A stretch of 64,000 nt of DNA from positions 359,042,001 to 359,106,000 of the forward strand of contig OZ024743.1 of NCBI GenBank assembly GCA_964016885.1. Direction: 5' to 3'. The DNA comes from Eledone cirrhosa (lineage: Eukaryota). The notes under the pieces are model-generated. The model saw only the letters and a list, made by a program, of their open reading frames with translations, did not search any database and was not told the DNA's origin. How positions within the stretch are numbered: position 1 is the first letter of the stretch; every line of letters starts with the position of its first letter. Positions 1-11,639 of the stretch are shown here, piece by piece. Position numbers and translations under genes: made by a program.

Positions 1-1314
1 AGATGGTAGTGGTAATAGTGGTAGTAGTATGTGAAGGAGGAAGAGAAAGAGATGGAGGGAAATCGCCATGCTCTTTCAGACTGATGTGACTGATGTTTCG
101 GTCGATGACCAACTCGAACATGGTCAGTAAAACAAGGTAAGAGGGGAAGGAGGGAGAATGAGATGAAATGTTGGACACAGAATTCTTGCATCAGAGTGAA
201 ACTTCACCAATGCCTCCAAAGAAACGGTTGTTGGTGGTTCTGTTATTAGGATTAACCTCATCCGATATGTAATAGAATGGTTTCGCATTTAGGTACAAGG
301 CCAGAAATTTAAGAAGACAAGAAAGTCGACTAAATACCGCAAAGTATTTTTTATCAATGCGTTAACGATTCTGCCAATCAACCGCCATAAACATGCAATA
401 TTATGTAACACCATTTAATATGATATCGTCTTAAAATATGAAATGAAACGAAAAAAGTTATAATATCACTATCACAGGTTTATATACACACTCATACATA
501 CACGTACGCACACATTGCATATGTTTTCTGTAAATTAAACAAAAAATATCCCTCAAGCACTAATCAACGCTTGATTATAATCATATGATGAATTACTGGA
601 GTTATTAGGGTAATTTATACCATAATGCCGATATAAGGAAATAGGTCGCTGGCGTCATTAAAGTGTCAAATATTCATATTTTTGCATGTAATATATTATA
701 CAATAATCTTGCGAAATCTCTGAACTCCATGACTAATCTTGTTCCAGTTGCCTATCAGCATTTGATTGGTTATGGTTGTTGTTTAGCCCTAGGTAGCCCC
801 GGTCTTGTAGTTAGTTGCATTTGCTCCCCATGGAACATTGAGAAATTTTCGTTGTTTCTATTGCAAGTTTGACTAATGAAGGCAAAGTTGCTAACCTCGC
901 GCGTCATTCATTCCTACACCCTTCTCAATTCCTACCAATCCAGCATGTCGATGTCGAGGAGAGGAATTCCATAGTCATGGATAGGGGGCCTTTTCAGGCC
1001 CTGTTAGTAGAAGCTGCACGCCTTGGACTCGTGTAAAAGGCTTGGAAATATTTAGGACTACAATATTTAGGATTATAATATTAAATGTCTCTTTCCTTTT
1101 TTATGAAAGTAAGACACGAAATGAAATGGATTAAACTGAGAAATAATCCCCGATGACACACACACATACACACACATATGTACATATCGCAGTTAATGAC
1201 TATAAACAGAAGTTGAAAGAATCGGGTTATATATATATGGTGTGTAGAAAAATGGCAGTAACTTCGAAGTTTCAGCTTGATCGCTTTATCTGCCACTTTT
1301 CTACACAGAAAATA

Positions 1315-1449
<135 letters not shown>

Positions 1450-2813
1450 CAGGCACACATTTATACATATATACATACATAAGGATGCATATACACACAC
1501 TCATACATGCAAACATTTTTGTATATATCATTGTTCATTTCCTTTGCTAGCAAAATATCTTGTAATTTACTGGGACATCATTAAAAGATTGTAGTTCCTT
1601 CCACATTGCTTCTTCTGAGCGTTTCGTTTAATTATACACTGCCTCTACTGCAAACAGCAGTAAATTACAAGCAAATATCACCTATTTACAGCTAGGATAA
1701 TCAGGCCAGTGATCGTTAAATGCGTCTGATATTCTTTATCGCATGATAATTAACCTTGAATTCATTTTCAGCTAGTTGCAAATGGCAATTATTTCAGCAT
1801 TCAAACTAATTGAGTTAACATATCTAACTAGTCAAGTCGTTCTTTTCATTTCAACTTATAAAATGTAATTCTATAATACCTTGGTTAATGACACTTGATT
1901 TATGAAGCAAAGTTAATTTAATGAAACATGTAATTTTATATTTACAACAACGAAAACATCGTACAACCCCACACACAAAAAAAAAAAAAAAAAATCAAAA
2001 AAATCATTTTAAACGTTTTGATTTAAAATACGCAGTTGATGGTGTTGCTTTACAAAAACAACAATTCTTTGTCATTTCAGAGAACGCTAATTTACGAAAA
2101 TGTTAACAACTTGTTCATTTGAATTGCATTTGTCACCTACTGTTAATGGTAACAAGAATTTTACACAGTGGAGAGTTTGTAGCTCTTTTGATCGTAAACA
2201 TTCAGTTATACAAACCTGATAATTTTGATAGAATATGGTTTTAAGTGAAATTGGATTGTTTTCAGTCTCTTTCCGTTACATCAGAAGTGTCAACAAATGT
2301 AAATATGTTAATAGGTTTATGTAACTAGAATCGAATGACGTCCGAACTAATGGAAGATGTAACATATTGAGAGATGTAATATAAATCTTTCTATTAGAAA
2401 ATACGATAGGTAAAGTAATGGAAACTTGCAGCTTAACTGTTGTACGTTCTGTCTTTCTTTTTATGCTACATTATGTTTAATGGTAGGCGTTGTATGTATG
2501 TATATATGTATGTATGTATTTATGTATATATATATGTATGTGTGTGTATGTATCCAAGTGAGTATTTGTGTATATGCATGTATGAGAGAGTAGGTTTGTG
2601 TGTGTGTGTGTGTGTGTATGTCTATGAGAGATTGTATGTGTGTTTTGTTTTCGTGTATAGGTGTGTGTTTGTATGTGCTTTGTTTTCGTGTATAGGTGTG
2701 TGTTTGTATGTGCCCATCTGTGTGTGTGTGTTTGTTGCTTTCACAAATTATAATTTCTGAAAGCAACAAACACACAGAGGTAGATAATTATCTACTTCTA
2801 TTACATGCATATA

Positions 2814-3010
2814 CGAGGGTCAGTTGAAAAGGTCATAGGCTGATGAAGATACTCTCGTGGAATGACCAAATGAGGTTTATTTTTCATCAAAGTACCTGAA
2901 AGAAATAGTGCAGTTATTAATAAGAAGAGTTGAAATTAATGCCTGGAAAAATTTTATAGCTCTAGCATAACTCCTTTATAGTCAGCCTATGAACTTTTCA
3001 ACCGACCCCA
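2814..3010. mobile_element. Mariner/Tc1-type MITE, copy 1
   Basis: Imperfect TIRs cgagggtcagttgaaaaggtcataggctga ... tcagcctatgaacttttcaaccgacccca, flanked by TA. A second copy is at 13890. Confidence 0.75.
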
Positions 3011-3092
3011 TAGATGTATGTATGTATGTATGTATGTATGTATGTATGTATGTATGTATGTATGTATGTATGTATGTATGTATGTATGTATA

Positions 3093-3343
3093 TGCCTTTG
3101 CTCACTATAAAAGCTTCACGGCACAGGCATTGCTTTATATCTGGAGATCTCTCTGCACTTGTCGTCACATGGTACCATGGGCCCAGCACTATGTGTCAGT
3201 AATTGTCACAAGTGTAGTGTTTGTACGAGAGTTTTCAAGTCGCTGGCTGGACTAAAAAGTCACACTCGTTCAGCGCATCGGTAGGAGTTCTCCTACATGG
3301 ATATAAAGTAGTGGCCGTACTCGAAAACGAGTTGGCAGCCACC
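3093..3343 (+). mobile_element. 5'-truncated non-autonomous RTE-derived element (family A) between (TATG)n tracts
   Basis: Matches the 3' half of 9520-10130; ends ...actcgaaaacgagttggcagccacc(atgt)n. Confidence 0.85.
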
Positions 3344-3495
3344 ATGTATGTATGTATGCATGAATGTATCCGTGTATATATGTGTGTATGTATGTATGTA
3401 TGCATGTTTGTATGTGTGTATGTATGTATGTATGTATGTATGTATGTATGTATGTATGTATGTATGTATGTATGTATGTATGTATGTATGTATGT

Positions 3496-4869
3496 GAATG
3501 GAGTGAAACAGGGGATATTCCAGCACCGACCCTGTTTGCCATATACTTTGCAATGGTTTTCTGTATTGCATTCAGGAATTGCGAGCATGGTGTTTACATC
3601 CGATATCGAACCTCAGGCAGCATATTTAACATCAGGCGCTTTGCTGCGAAGACAAAGGTGTTTACATCAATCATAAGAGACCTCTTGTATGCAGATGATT
3701 GCGATCTTGTAGCACACACAGAGAGTGATATGCAGCACATTTTGAATGCATTTTCTGACGCTTGCACTGCCCTGGGTTTGACTGTCAGTCTCAAGAAAAC
3801 CGTCGTCATGTACCAACCTGCCCCTAGTAAGCAGTACACTGAACCAAACATCTATGTGTATGGCAAACGACTTGGAGTGGTTGATCAGTTTGTCTACCTG
3901 GGAAGAACTGTCAATCGATACGGCAACCTTGACAGTGAAATCTCACTTAGGATTAGGAAAGCAAATGATGCTTTCGGAAAGCTAGAAAGGCGACTCTGGG
4001 GTCGGCGAGACATATGCAGGAGGACAAAGGTAAAGGTGTACAGGGCATGTGTACTCTCTTGTCTTCTTTATGCCTGCGAGACCTGGGTCACATATCGACA
4101 CCACCTTAAGCAATTGGAGCGTTTCCATCAGATGTGTCTCAGACGGATCCATGGCGTTCACTGGAGGGACCACATCAGTGATGTCGAAATTTTGGAAAGC
4201 TCTATGTGTGACAGTATAGAAGCTCTTGTGCTTAAGCAACGACTCCGTTGGAGTGGTCACCTTGCCAGGATGAAGGATTCTAGAATACCAAAACAACTCT
4301 TCTATGGAGAGTTGGTTAAAGGAAAACGACCGCCAAATAAACCAAAAAAGAGGTATAAGGATTCCTTGAAAGCCTCTCTGAAAGACGCTAATATCTCTGC
4401 TGATACATGGGAAAATATTGCTGCTGATCGTAATAAATGGAGAAAGACTGTATATGAGGGAAAAGTTGCCTTTGAGGCATCTCAAATCGCACACGAGAAA
4501 GTTAAGCGGGATGTGAGGAAGGGCATTGCTGTTGCACTTCCAGACGGCGAGGGTCCTCTTATGGTGCTGACATGCAGCGTCTATGCGAGACTCTGCCTAA
4601 GCAAAGCTGGACTCGAAAGTCATTTTCGCAGTCATAAAGTAAGACCAGTGGTTGACTACCAGGCTGCTGTTGGAGATGCTACTCATCATGCTTGCCAAAC
4701 ATGTGGTAGAGAATCTAAATCAGCAGGAGGGTTCAAGCGACATGCAAAAGTACACGAACTCCAACCACAGCCGACTATTCCCAGTGAATGTTTTGGTTGC
4801 CGACTCTGTGCAAGACATTTTAGATCATTGGCTGGGCTAAAAAGCCACATTCGATCGCAGCACTGTTAG
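3496..4869 (+). mobile_element. 5'-truncated RTE-clade LINE: RT C-terminal half plus three C2H2-like zinc fingers
   Basis: GVKQG / PAPTLF (joined by a frameshift), LLYADD, FVYLG, LLYACETW, LRWSGHLARM, RIPKQLFYGEL. C-terminal fingers CQTCGRESKSAGGFKRHAKVH and CRLCARHFRSLAGLKSHIRSQH. The N-terminus of the listed ORF (3364-3495) is microsatellite. Confidence 0.9.
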
Positions 4870-4879
4870 TTGCTATCGC

Positions 4880-4913
<34 letters not shown>

Positions 4914-5016
4914 GCTTATGTGCGTGTGTGTGTATATATATATATATATGAATATGTATATTATTATTGTTGTTGTCGTTATTATTATTATTGCTATTAT
5001 TATTATTGTTGTTATT

Positions 5017-8000
5017 CCTTGAATCTCAGTCATTGATGTTGGTTAACTGGAAAGTCCGTTGGATTGAATATCAAGCCACTACCTGCAGCCTCAGATATTC
5101 AGGACGTATCGGAGGGTTCTTGCTGTTCCAAGCAAGCATGCCTTTTGAAGCGTTCCAAAAAGCGTGAAGGGGCCGATTTTCTTTAACCATCCCTGGAAAC
5201 TTTTGGAGATAGTCCCCAGTGCGCCTATGACAATCGGGATCACTTTGACTTCATGGCAGTTCCAAATCCTTTTCACCTCCCACTTTAGGTCCTGGTATCG
5301 GTTAATTTTCTCCCTCTCCTTCTCTTGCACTCTCGTGTCGAACGGGCAGGCCACATCCACAATCAGACACGATCTTTTTTCTTTGTCCACAACCACCAGG
5401 TCAGGTCTATTGTGTTCCAGTTTTTTGTCCGTCTGTATCCTAAAATCCCACAGCACCTTCACCTGATTGTTCTCCATCACCGCCTCTGGCCTATGCTCAT
5501 ACCATTTCTCAGAATGTGGTAAATTGTTTACTTTGCACAGGTGCCAGTGGATCACCCTGCCCATCACATCGTGTCTCCAGCCCTTATAGTGGGTCTGGGC
5601 TAGGTGTTTACACTCGGACACAATGTGAGTCACAGTCTCCTCTCTCTCGCCACAGATCCTGCACAGTGGGCTAGCCTCCTCCTTGTAAATATGGTGCTTC
5701 AACCACTTCGTTTTGAGGGCCTGCTCCTGCGCAGCCATTAGCATTCCTTCTGTAGCCTTTTTGAGGTCTCCTCTTCTCAACCAGTTCCATGTCTGTGGAT
5801 CTCTAAATTCAGTTTTCTCAAAGAAGGTACTATGAAGGGATTTTCCCTTAAGGCTGCTCTTCCTCCTTGATGTTATTTCCTCCTTGGACATCCCCTGGCC
5901 TACTGTCCCCTCCTTCAGTACAGCTCTGAGCATTGGCTCCTTACTATAGGTCACGTATTTGTATAGGTTGTTTTTCTCCATCTGAACACAGTCCTCTCTG
6001 CTGATAAGACCTCTTCCACCCTCAGATCTCCTTAGGTAGAGTCTATCGACATCACTCCTCTTGTGGAACATGTTGTAGATAGTCAATAGCTTCCTAGTCT
6101 TCCTATCCATTTCTTTTTGTTCAGCAACATTCCATCTCAGAATTCCCGCACTGTACCTAATAATAGACACAGCTCGGGAATTTACTGCGCTTATAGCATT
6201 TCTGCTGTTCAGATGTGACTTCAATACGCTCCTTACTCTCCGAATGTATTCAGTTCTTAACAATTCCTTCATTTTTTTGTTCTTTATGCCATCAGCCTCC
6301 AGAACACCCAAATACTTGTATCCTTCCTCAGAGTCAATTTCCTTTATCATCTCACCTGTTGGTATCTGGATCCCGTTACTTCTGCTCAACCTACCCCTCC
6401 TCATCACAATGACTCCACATTTACCAATACCAAGCTGCATACATATATCACTGCTGAAAATACGGACAGTGTCAACAAGCACATCCAACTCCTTCTCGCT
6501 TTTCCCGAAGAGCTTAAGATCGTCCATGAAGAGGAGGTGATTGATGGTAAGCTCTCCCCTTCCCAACTTGTATCCTGCTCTCACTTTTCGCAGCATGATG
6601 GTCAAGGGCATCAGGGCAAGGACAAACAACAGAGGGGACAGGCTATCTCCCTGGAAGATACCTCTCTTGATCTTCACGCTTCCCAAGGATACTCCAGTTG
6701 ATGTCAACTCTGTCTCCCAGGACCCCATACTCCTGCCCAGCAACTGTCTGATGTTATCTGCCACCCTGAAGATCTCCAGACTTTTGGTGATCCAAGAATG
6801 AGGCACCATGTCAAATGCCTTTCTGTAGTCTATCCATCCCATGGCAAGATCAGTGTGTCTCCTCCTGCAATTCCCCATTACCATCTTATCAATAAGTAAC
6901 TGGTCCTTTGTACCACGTGACTTCTTTCGGCATCCTTTCTGTTCGTCCGGTAACAAGTTGTTTGTGTGGAGGTGATGGTAGATTTCCTCAGACACAATGC
7001 TCGTCAACAGTTTCCACATTACGGACAGACATGTGATAGGTCTATAGTTGGTAACATCATTACGCTTGATTCGGTCTTTCATTATCAGAACTGTGGTACC
7101 TTTTGTCAACCACTCTGGCACCTCACCCGACACCAAGCAGTCATTGAACATGGCCGTCAGCTTCGGGTGGAGGGATGTTAAATGTTTAATCCAATACCCC
7201 TGCACACCATCTGTGCCTGGTGATTTCCAGTTGGTTAGTTTTTTGGCCTGCCCCTTAAGAGTTTCAACTGTGATACTCAAATCAGTCTGTTGTTGTGCCT
7301 GCTCACCGATCTCCCTCTGTACTGTCTCAATCCACCCTGCCTGGACATTATGTCTAACATCCTGCTCCCATATTCCTCTCCAGAATGTTTTAGTTTGCTC
7401 CGTCCCAGGGATCAAGTCGTTGCTTCTTTCTTTCCCCTCAAGCTGTCCAAACAGCATCTTCTGGTTGTTGTCGAACATGCGGTTCTGTTTATACTGACTG
7501 ACTCTGTTCTCATATCGCCTGATTTTTGCACTCTTTGCTACAATGCGTTGCTTCAGTTCCTCTATGATAATATTTAGCTTTTTCCTCCTAGTTTTGTATT
7601 TTATTTCCAGTCTATTTTTAGTGCCTATGTTTTTTAGTGTCCCATTCAGTAGTGACTCAAGCTTTCCTATGTCATTTCTCATTTCCCCGATTTGCCCACT
7701 CAGTCGCTTCTTCCACCATGGCTCTGCTCTTTCTTGTCTGTTGTTTCCTCTCGCTTTTATACCAAGTAGTTTCCTCACCGTATTTGCTGTTGCTTTGAGG
7801 ATATTGTTGCACTGGTGAAGGCTCCTCGCCTCAAGGTATGGGATGACTTTGTTTACCTTAGCTGTTGTTTCTTTTAACTTTTTCCTGTCTACAAATCTTA
7901 GGTTCATAGGTCTCCCACTATCATTGTTCAATTCATCTACCACTAAATTTAGGATGTCAACCGAATCTTGTCCTAGCCCGTCAGCATTCATCTCCTCAGT

Positions 8001-8798
8001 GGCCGTATCTCTGTTCCAGGTATTATTTATCTCAGTATTCAAATCATTGTCTGCTTCGGGTGGTTCCTCCGTTCTCAGGACCTCTTCACCTTCATTTCCC
8101 ACTGGATCGCTTGTCTGGCATACTACACCCGCCATCTCCAAGCCATTCTCTCTGCTCAGTTCCTCCAGTTCCAGCTCGCTTATCCACCCATTGGTTCTTA
8201 TTACCCGAGCCTGCCCGGCCAATTTTTGTTCATCTAATTTAAATAAACCAATCTCGTTCCAGATGTTATGCATCCGTCTCCTGTAGCCCCTCTCCTTGGG
8301 GTTACTTTTCAGGTAACATTGCATAACAGTTCTATTCAATTCTTTCGTCCAGTTGGTTCTGGCCCCTTTCCTTCTTCTCCTTCCTCCAACATCAGCAGTA
8401 TTTGGTTGACAGTCAGGTTCCTGCTGCTGAGCCAGGGGCACCTGTTGGGTGAGAGTCTGTCACATGACGTTCTAGTCTCCATTTCACCGTTATTCGAACT
8501 GTTTATGTTCGATATTTAAACACTCTTATCGAGGATTGGCGAATGTATGGTTACATAGCCATCTGTGGATCCGCCATTCCACTTGGCCCTTGTGTGGAAT
8601 TATCACCACGCTGTATACGAACACACATAAACAAACAAACACACAGGCAGAAAGGGCCCCAAAAATGAATAAGCATAAGTTTCATTGTAATGTAGTGTTC
8701 GAATGTCTGACTTAGTTTTTGTTTTTTAAGTTTTAGTTTTTCCCCCCTCTTTTCTGTCCGTCCGCCTGCTTCTCTCTTCATTCTTATTTTCTTTACGC
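5017..8798 (-). mobile_element. Apparently full-length R4/Dong-type non-LTR retrotransposon inserted in (TAA)n
   Basis: Single long ORF, ~350 bp 5' UTR and ~75 bp 3' UTR, with (ATT)n tracts on both sides (4960-5016, 8799-8867). Confidence 0.88.
5091..8441 (-). CDS. R4/Dong-type polyprotein: reverse transcriptase + CCHC finger + restriction-like endonuclease (1116 aa open frame)
   Basis: KSPGTDG, NYRPITCL, WIDYRKAFD, GIFQGDSLSPLLF, HLLFMDDLKL, YKYLG, CRIC..ETVTHIVSEC, RHD, RPDLVVVD..IVDVACP. No internal stops; true start codon uncertain. Confidence 0.92.
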   Translation of the reverse strand: MPLAQQQEPDCQPNTADVGGRRRRKGARTNWTKELNRTVMQCYLKSNPKERGYRRRMHNIWNEIGLFKLDEQKLAGQARVIRTNGWISELELEELSRENGLEMAGVVCQTSDPVGNEGEEVLRTEEPPEADNDLNTEINNTWNRDTATEEMNADGLGQDSVDILNLVVDELNNDSGRPMNLRFVDRKKLKETTAKVNKVIPYLEARSLHQCNNILKATANTVRKLLGIKARGNNRQERAEPWWKKRLSGQIGEMRNDIGKLESLLNGTLKNIGTKNRLEIKYKTRRKKLNIIIEELKQRIVAKSAKIRRYENRVSQYKQNRMFDNNQKMLFGQLEGKERSNDLIPGTEQTKTFWRGIWEQDVRHNVQAGWIETVQREIGEQAQQQTDLSITVETLKGQAKKLTNWKSPGTDGVQGYWIKHLTSLHPKLTAMFNDCLVSGEVPEWLTKGTTVLIMKDRIKRNDVTNYRPITCLSVMWKLLTSIVSEEIYHHLHTNNLLPDEQKGCRKKSRGTKDQLLIDKMVMGNCRRRHTDLAMGWIDYRKAFDMVPHSWITKSLEIFRVADNIRQLLGRSMGSWETELTSTGVSLGSVKIKRGIFQGDSLSPLLFVLALMPLTIMLRKVRAGYKLGRGELTINHLLFMDDLKLFGKSEKELDVLVDTVRIFSSDICMQLGIGKCGVIVMRRGRLSRSNGIQIPTGEMIKEIDSEEGYKYLGVLEADGIKNKKMKELLRTEYIRRVRSVLKSHLNSRNAISAVNSRAVSIIRYSAGILRWNVAEQKEMDRKTRKLLTIYNMFHKRSDVDRLYLRRSEGGRGLISREDCVQMEKNNLYKYVTYSKEPMLRAVLKEGTVGQGMSKEEITSRRKSSLKGKSLHSTFFEKTEFRDPQTWNWLRRGDLKKATEGMLMAAQEQALKTKWLKHHIYKEEASPLCRICGEREETVTHIVSECKHLAQTHYKGWRHDVMGRVIHWHLCKVNNLPHSEKWYEHRPEAVMENNQVKVLWDFRIQTDKKLEHNRPDLVVVDKEKRSCLIVDVACPFDTRVQEKEREKINRYQDLKWEVKRIWNCHEVKVIPIVIGALGTISKSFQGWLKKIGPFTLFGTLQKACLLGTARTLRYVLNI

Positions 8799-8868
<70 letters not shown>

Positions 8869-9050
8869 GGGCGGTGAATTGGCAGTATCGGTAGAGGGTA
8901 GGATATGCTTTCCAGCATAGTTACGTCCCTTTACGATCTGAGTTCAATTCCCGCCGAGGTTTACTTTGCCTTTCATCCTTACGGGGTCGATAAAATAAAG
9001 TACCAGTAATATACTGGGATAATTGCTGGCCTTGTGCCAAAAGTAGAAAC
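8869..9050 (+). mobile_element. tRNA-derived SINE (octopus-type), (ATT)n tail
   Basis: A-box-like tggcagtatcgg, B-box-like gagttcaattcc, body gccgaggtt.actttgcctttcatccttacggggtcgataaaataaagtaccag; at least 6 copies in the window. Confidence 0.85.
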
Positions 9051-9051
9051 A

Positions 9052-9102
<51 letters not shown>

Positions 9103-9156
9103 GTTATTAATGTATGTGTGTATGTGTGTGTGTATGTGTATGTATGTGTGTATGTA

Positions 9157-9189
<33 letters not shown>

Positions 9190-9316
9190 TTTTTTTATTT
9201 ATTTTTTTTAATTTTTTTAATTTTTTATTATTTTAAATTTTTTTATTTTTATTTTATTTATTTTTATTTTTTTATTTTTTATTTTTTATTTTTTATTTTA
9301 TTTTATTTTTATTTTT

Positions 9317-9377
<61 letters not shown>

Positions 9378-9407
9378 TTTATTTATTTAATTTATTTATT
9401 TTTTTTC

Positions 9408-9448
9408 TCGTGCAATGGCCATACTCGATAACGAGGGGGCAGCCATCA
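9408..9448 (+). mobile_element. 3'-terminal stub of non-autonomous RTE family B
   Basis: tcgtgcaatggccatactcgataacgagggggcagccatc matches the ends of the 58826-59358 and 17466 copies. Confidence 0.75.
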
Positions 9449-9519
9449 TGTATGTATGTATGTATGTATGTATGTATGTATGTATGTATGTATGTATGTA
9501 TGTATGTATGTATGTATGT

Positions 9520-10130
9520 CAGGTCACCAGTTGGTGCTACTGGTAATATGTATCCCGGTAGAACCTCTGTCATAGTCGGGTCGTTGGCGACTAAACTGGC
9601 AACCCCACCAAGGTTTCTTGGTGAGGAGGGTGACTTTGGATATCCTGCAGGATTAAAAAAGAAACCTGTCAAAGGGCAAAGGAGCTCTTAAGAGTCAATG
9701 GCCACCCAAAATCACCGGGAGAGATGACCCCTTAGCCTTTCTCAAGGCAGAATTCTAGGAGAAGGAAATCTCTGATATAACACCTGCAACCCTGATGGTA
9801 TCCAATGATGTTGACTTGTTCTTCTTTTTGGTAAATATCATCTTGGTTAAGAGAGTGGGACTGGATTTGTGCAGTGCCTTTGCTCACTATAAAAGCTTCA
9901 CGGCACAGGCATTGCTTTATATCTGGAGATCTTTCTGCACTTGTCGTTACATGGTACCATGGGCCCAGCACTATGTGTCAATAATTGTCACAGGTGTAGT
10001 GTTTGTACCAGAGTTTTCAAGTCGCTGGCTGGACTAAAAAGTCATATTCGTTCAGCGCATCGGTAGGGGTTCTCCTAGATGGATATAAAGTAGTGGCCGT
10101 ACTCGAAAACGAGTTGGCAGCCACCACCAT
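9520..10130 (+). mobile_element. Full-length non-autonomous RTE-derived element (family A)
   Basis: RTE-like 5' UTR motif (aggcagaattctaggagaaggaaa.ctctgat) fused to a 3' zinc-finger remnant CSVCTRVFKSLAGLKSHIRSAHR*; (TATG)n on both sides; near-identical to 15906-16511. Confidence 0.85.
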
Positions 10131-10249
10131 GTATGTATGTATGTATGTATGTATGTATGTATGTGTGTGCGCGTGCGCGCGCGTGTATGTATGTATGTGT
10201 GTATGTATAGATATGTATGTATATATGTATGTATGTATTTATGTATACA

Positions 10250-11200
10250 AAAGGCAGCAAAAGCCTTTGGTGGACTAGAAATTAACGTCTGGTCACAACG
10301 TCACATTAAATTGGAGACTAAGATTGTTTCATTTGTACTCTCCGTACTATTGTATTCATCCGAGACATGGACGTTGTACATACTTCATGTTAAAATGTTG
10401 CAGCAGTTTCACCAAAAATGCCTCCGGCATATACTTAAAATAAGCTGGGACACATTCGTTCCAGACACTGAGATTCTTGCTAGAGCAAAAGTTACATCTA
10501 CTCAAGCTATGCTTATTAGGAATCAGATAAGATGGACAAGTCACATGATTTGTGTAGGTGACGGATGCACCCCCAAGAAAATGTTTTATGGTGAACTCAA
10601 GCTGGGCAAAAGATTAAATAGTAAGCCAGGGAGGAGATACAGAGACTCTTTAAAAGCAAACGTAAAACGCCTTAACATATCCTACACAATTCTCTAATCA
10701 TGTGCAGTAGATAGAGTGGCCTGGAGAAATGACATTTGGAATGGAGTTAAAGAATTTGCAATGGAGAGGGTAAAATATGCAGAACTAAAAAGTGCGGAAG
10801 AATGAGACCAACAGTAATGATGAATCTTGCCAGCGTTGGTTTTCAGAGGACTTGTGTGCCCTAAGGTGGGCCTTTTGAATGGTGGCTTGAAGTCAAACCA
10901 CTGAGCATATGATGGTAAATTCCAAGTTGACTCTTCAAACTTCATTACAGAGAATCAGTTCCAGTGCTATGTTTGTCAGAAAATTGGCAAATCAGGTGAT
11001 GGATTGAAGCGACATCTGAACATACACAATAAGCAAATCCAAAGTGGAGACAAGAATGAAATGAGACATCATTGTATTATTTGTGGACGGGTGTTTCACA
11101 GGCTCTCAGGACTCAAAGGCCATTTGACATCTCGTACCAAGAAGGAACAGACATAAAGTGCAAGAAGTGGTCAAGCCTTGTATGAAGCAGACAACTTTCA
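10250..11200 (+). pseudogene. Decayed RTE LINE 3' fragment with C2H2 finger remnants
   Basis: LLYSSETWTL, QQFHQKCLRHIL, FYGELKLGKR; downstream CYVCQKIGKSGDGLKRHLNIH and CIICGRVFHRLSGLKGH; frameshifts; ends in (catg/tatg)n. Confidence 0.82.
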
Positions 11201-11249
11201 TGTATGTATGCATGCATGTATGTATATTCTGATTTCATTATTTTATAAA

Positions 11250-11433
11250 GGGCGGTGGATTGGCAGTATGGGTAGAGGGTCGGACGCCATGCTTTCCAGC
11301 ATAGTTACGTCCCTTTATGATCTGAGTTCAAATCCCGCCGAGGTTGACTTTGCCTTTCATCCTTACGGGGTCGATAAAATAAAGTACCAGTAATGCACTG
11401 GGTAATTGCTGGCCTTGTGCCTAAAGTAGAAAC
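11250..11433 (+). mobile_element. tRNA-derived SINE
   Basis: Same family as 8869; B-box gagttcaaatcc. Confidence 0.88.
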
Positions 11434-11447
11434 AATTATTTTATAAA

Positions 11448-11634
11448 GGGCGGTGGATTGGCAGTATCAGTAGAGGGTCGGACGCCATGCTTTGACGCAT
11501 AGAGTTACGGCCCTTGCCATTCTGAGTTCAAATCCCGCCGAGGTTAACTTTGCCTTTCATCGTTACGGGGTCGATAAAATAAAGTACCAGTAATGTACTG
11601 GGATAATTGCTGGCCTTGTGCCAAAAGTAGAAAC
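11448..11634 (+). mobile_element. tRNA-derived SINE (tandem with previous)
   Basis: Same family; separated by the repeated target attattttataaa. Confidence 0.88.
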
Positions 11635-11639
11635 CATTA

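Noticed and set aside
88-130. Minus-strand CUGACCA...UCGACC-GAAACAUC hammerhead-like relic
   Set aside because: Core G8 and cleavage-site pairing are mutated; too degenerate to call.
8869-9050. tRNA gene call for A/B-box sequences
   Set aside because: No cloverleaf; multi-copy with tail and TSD, hence a SINE.
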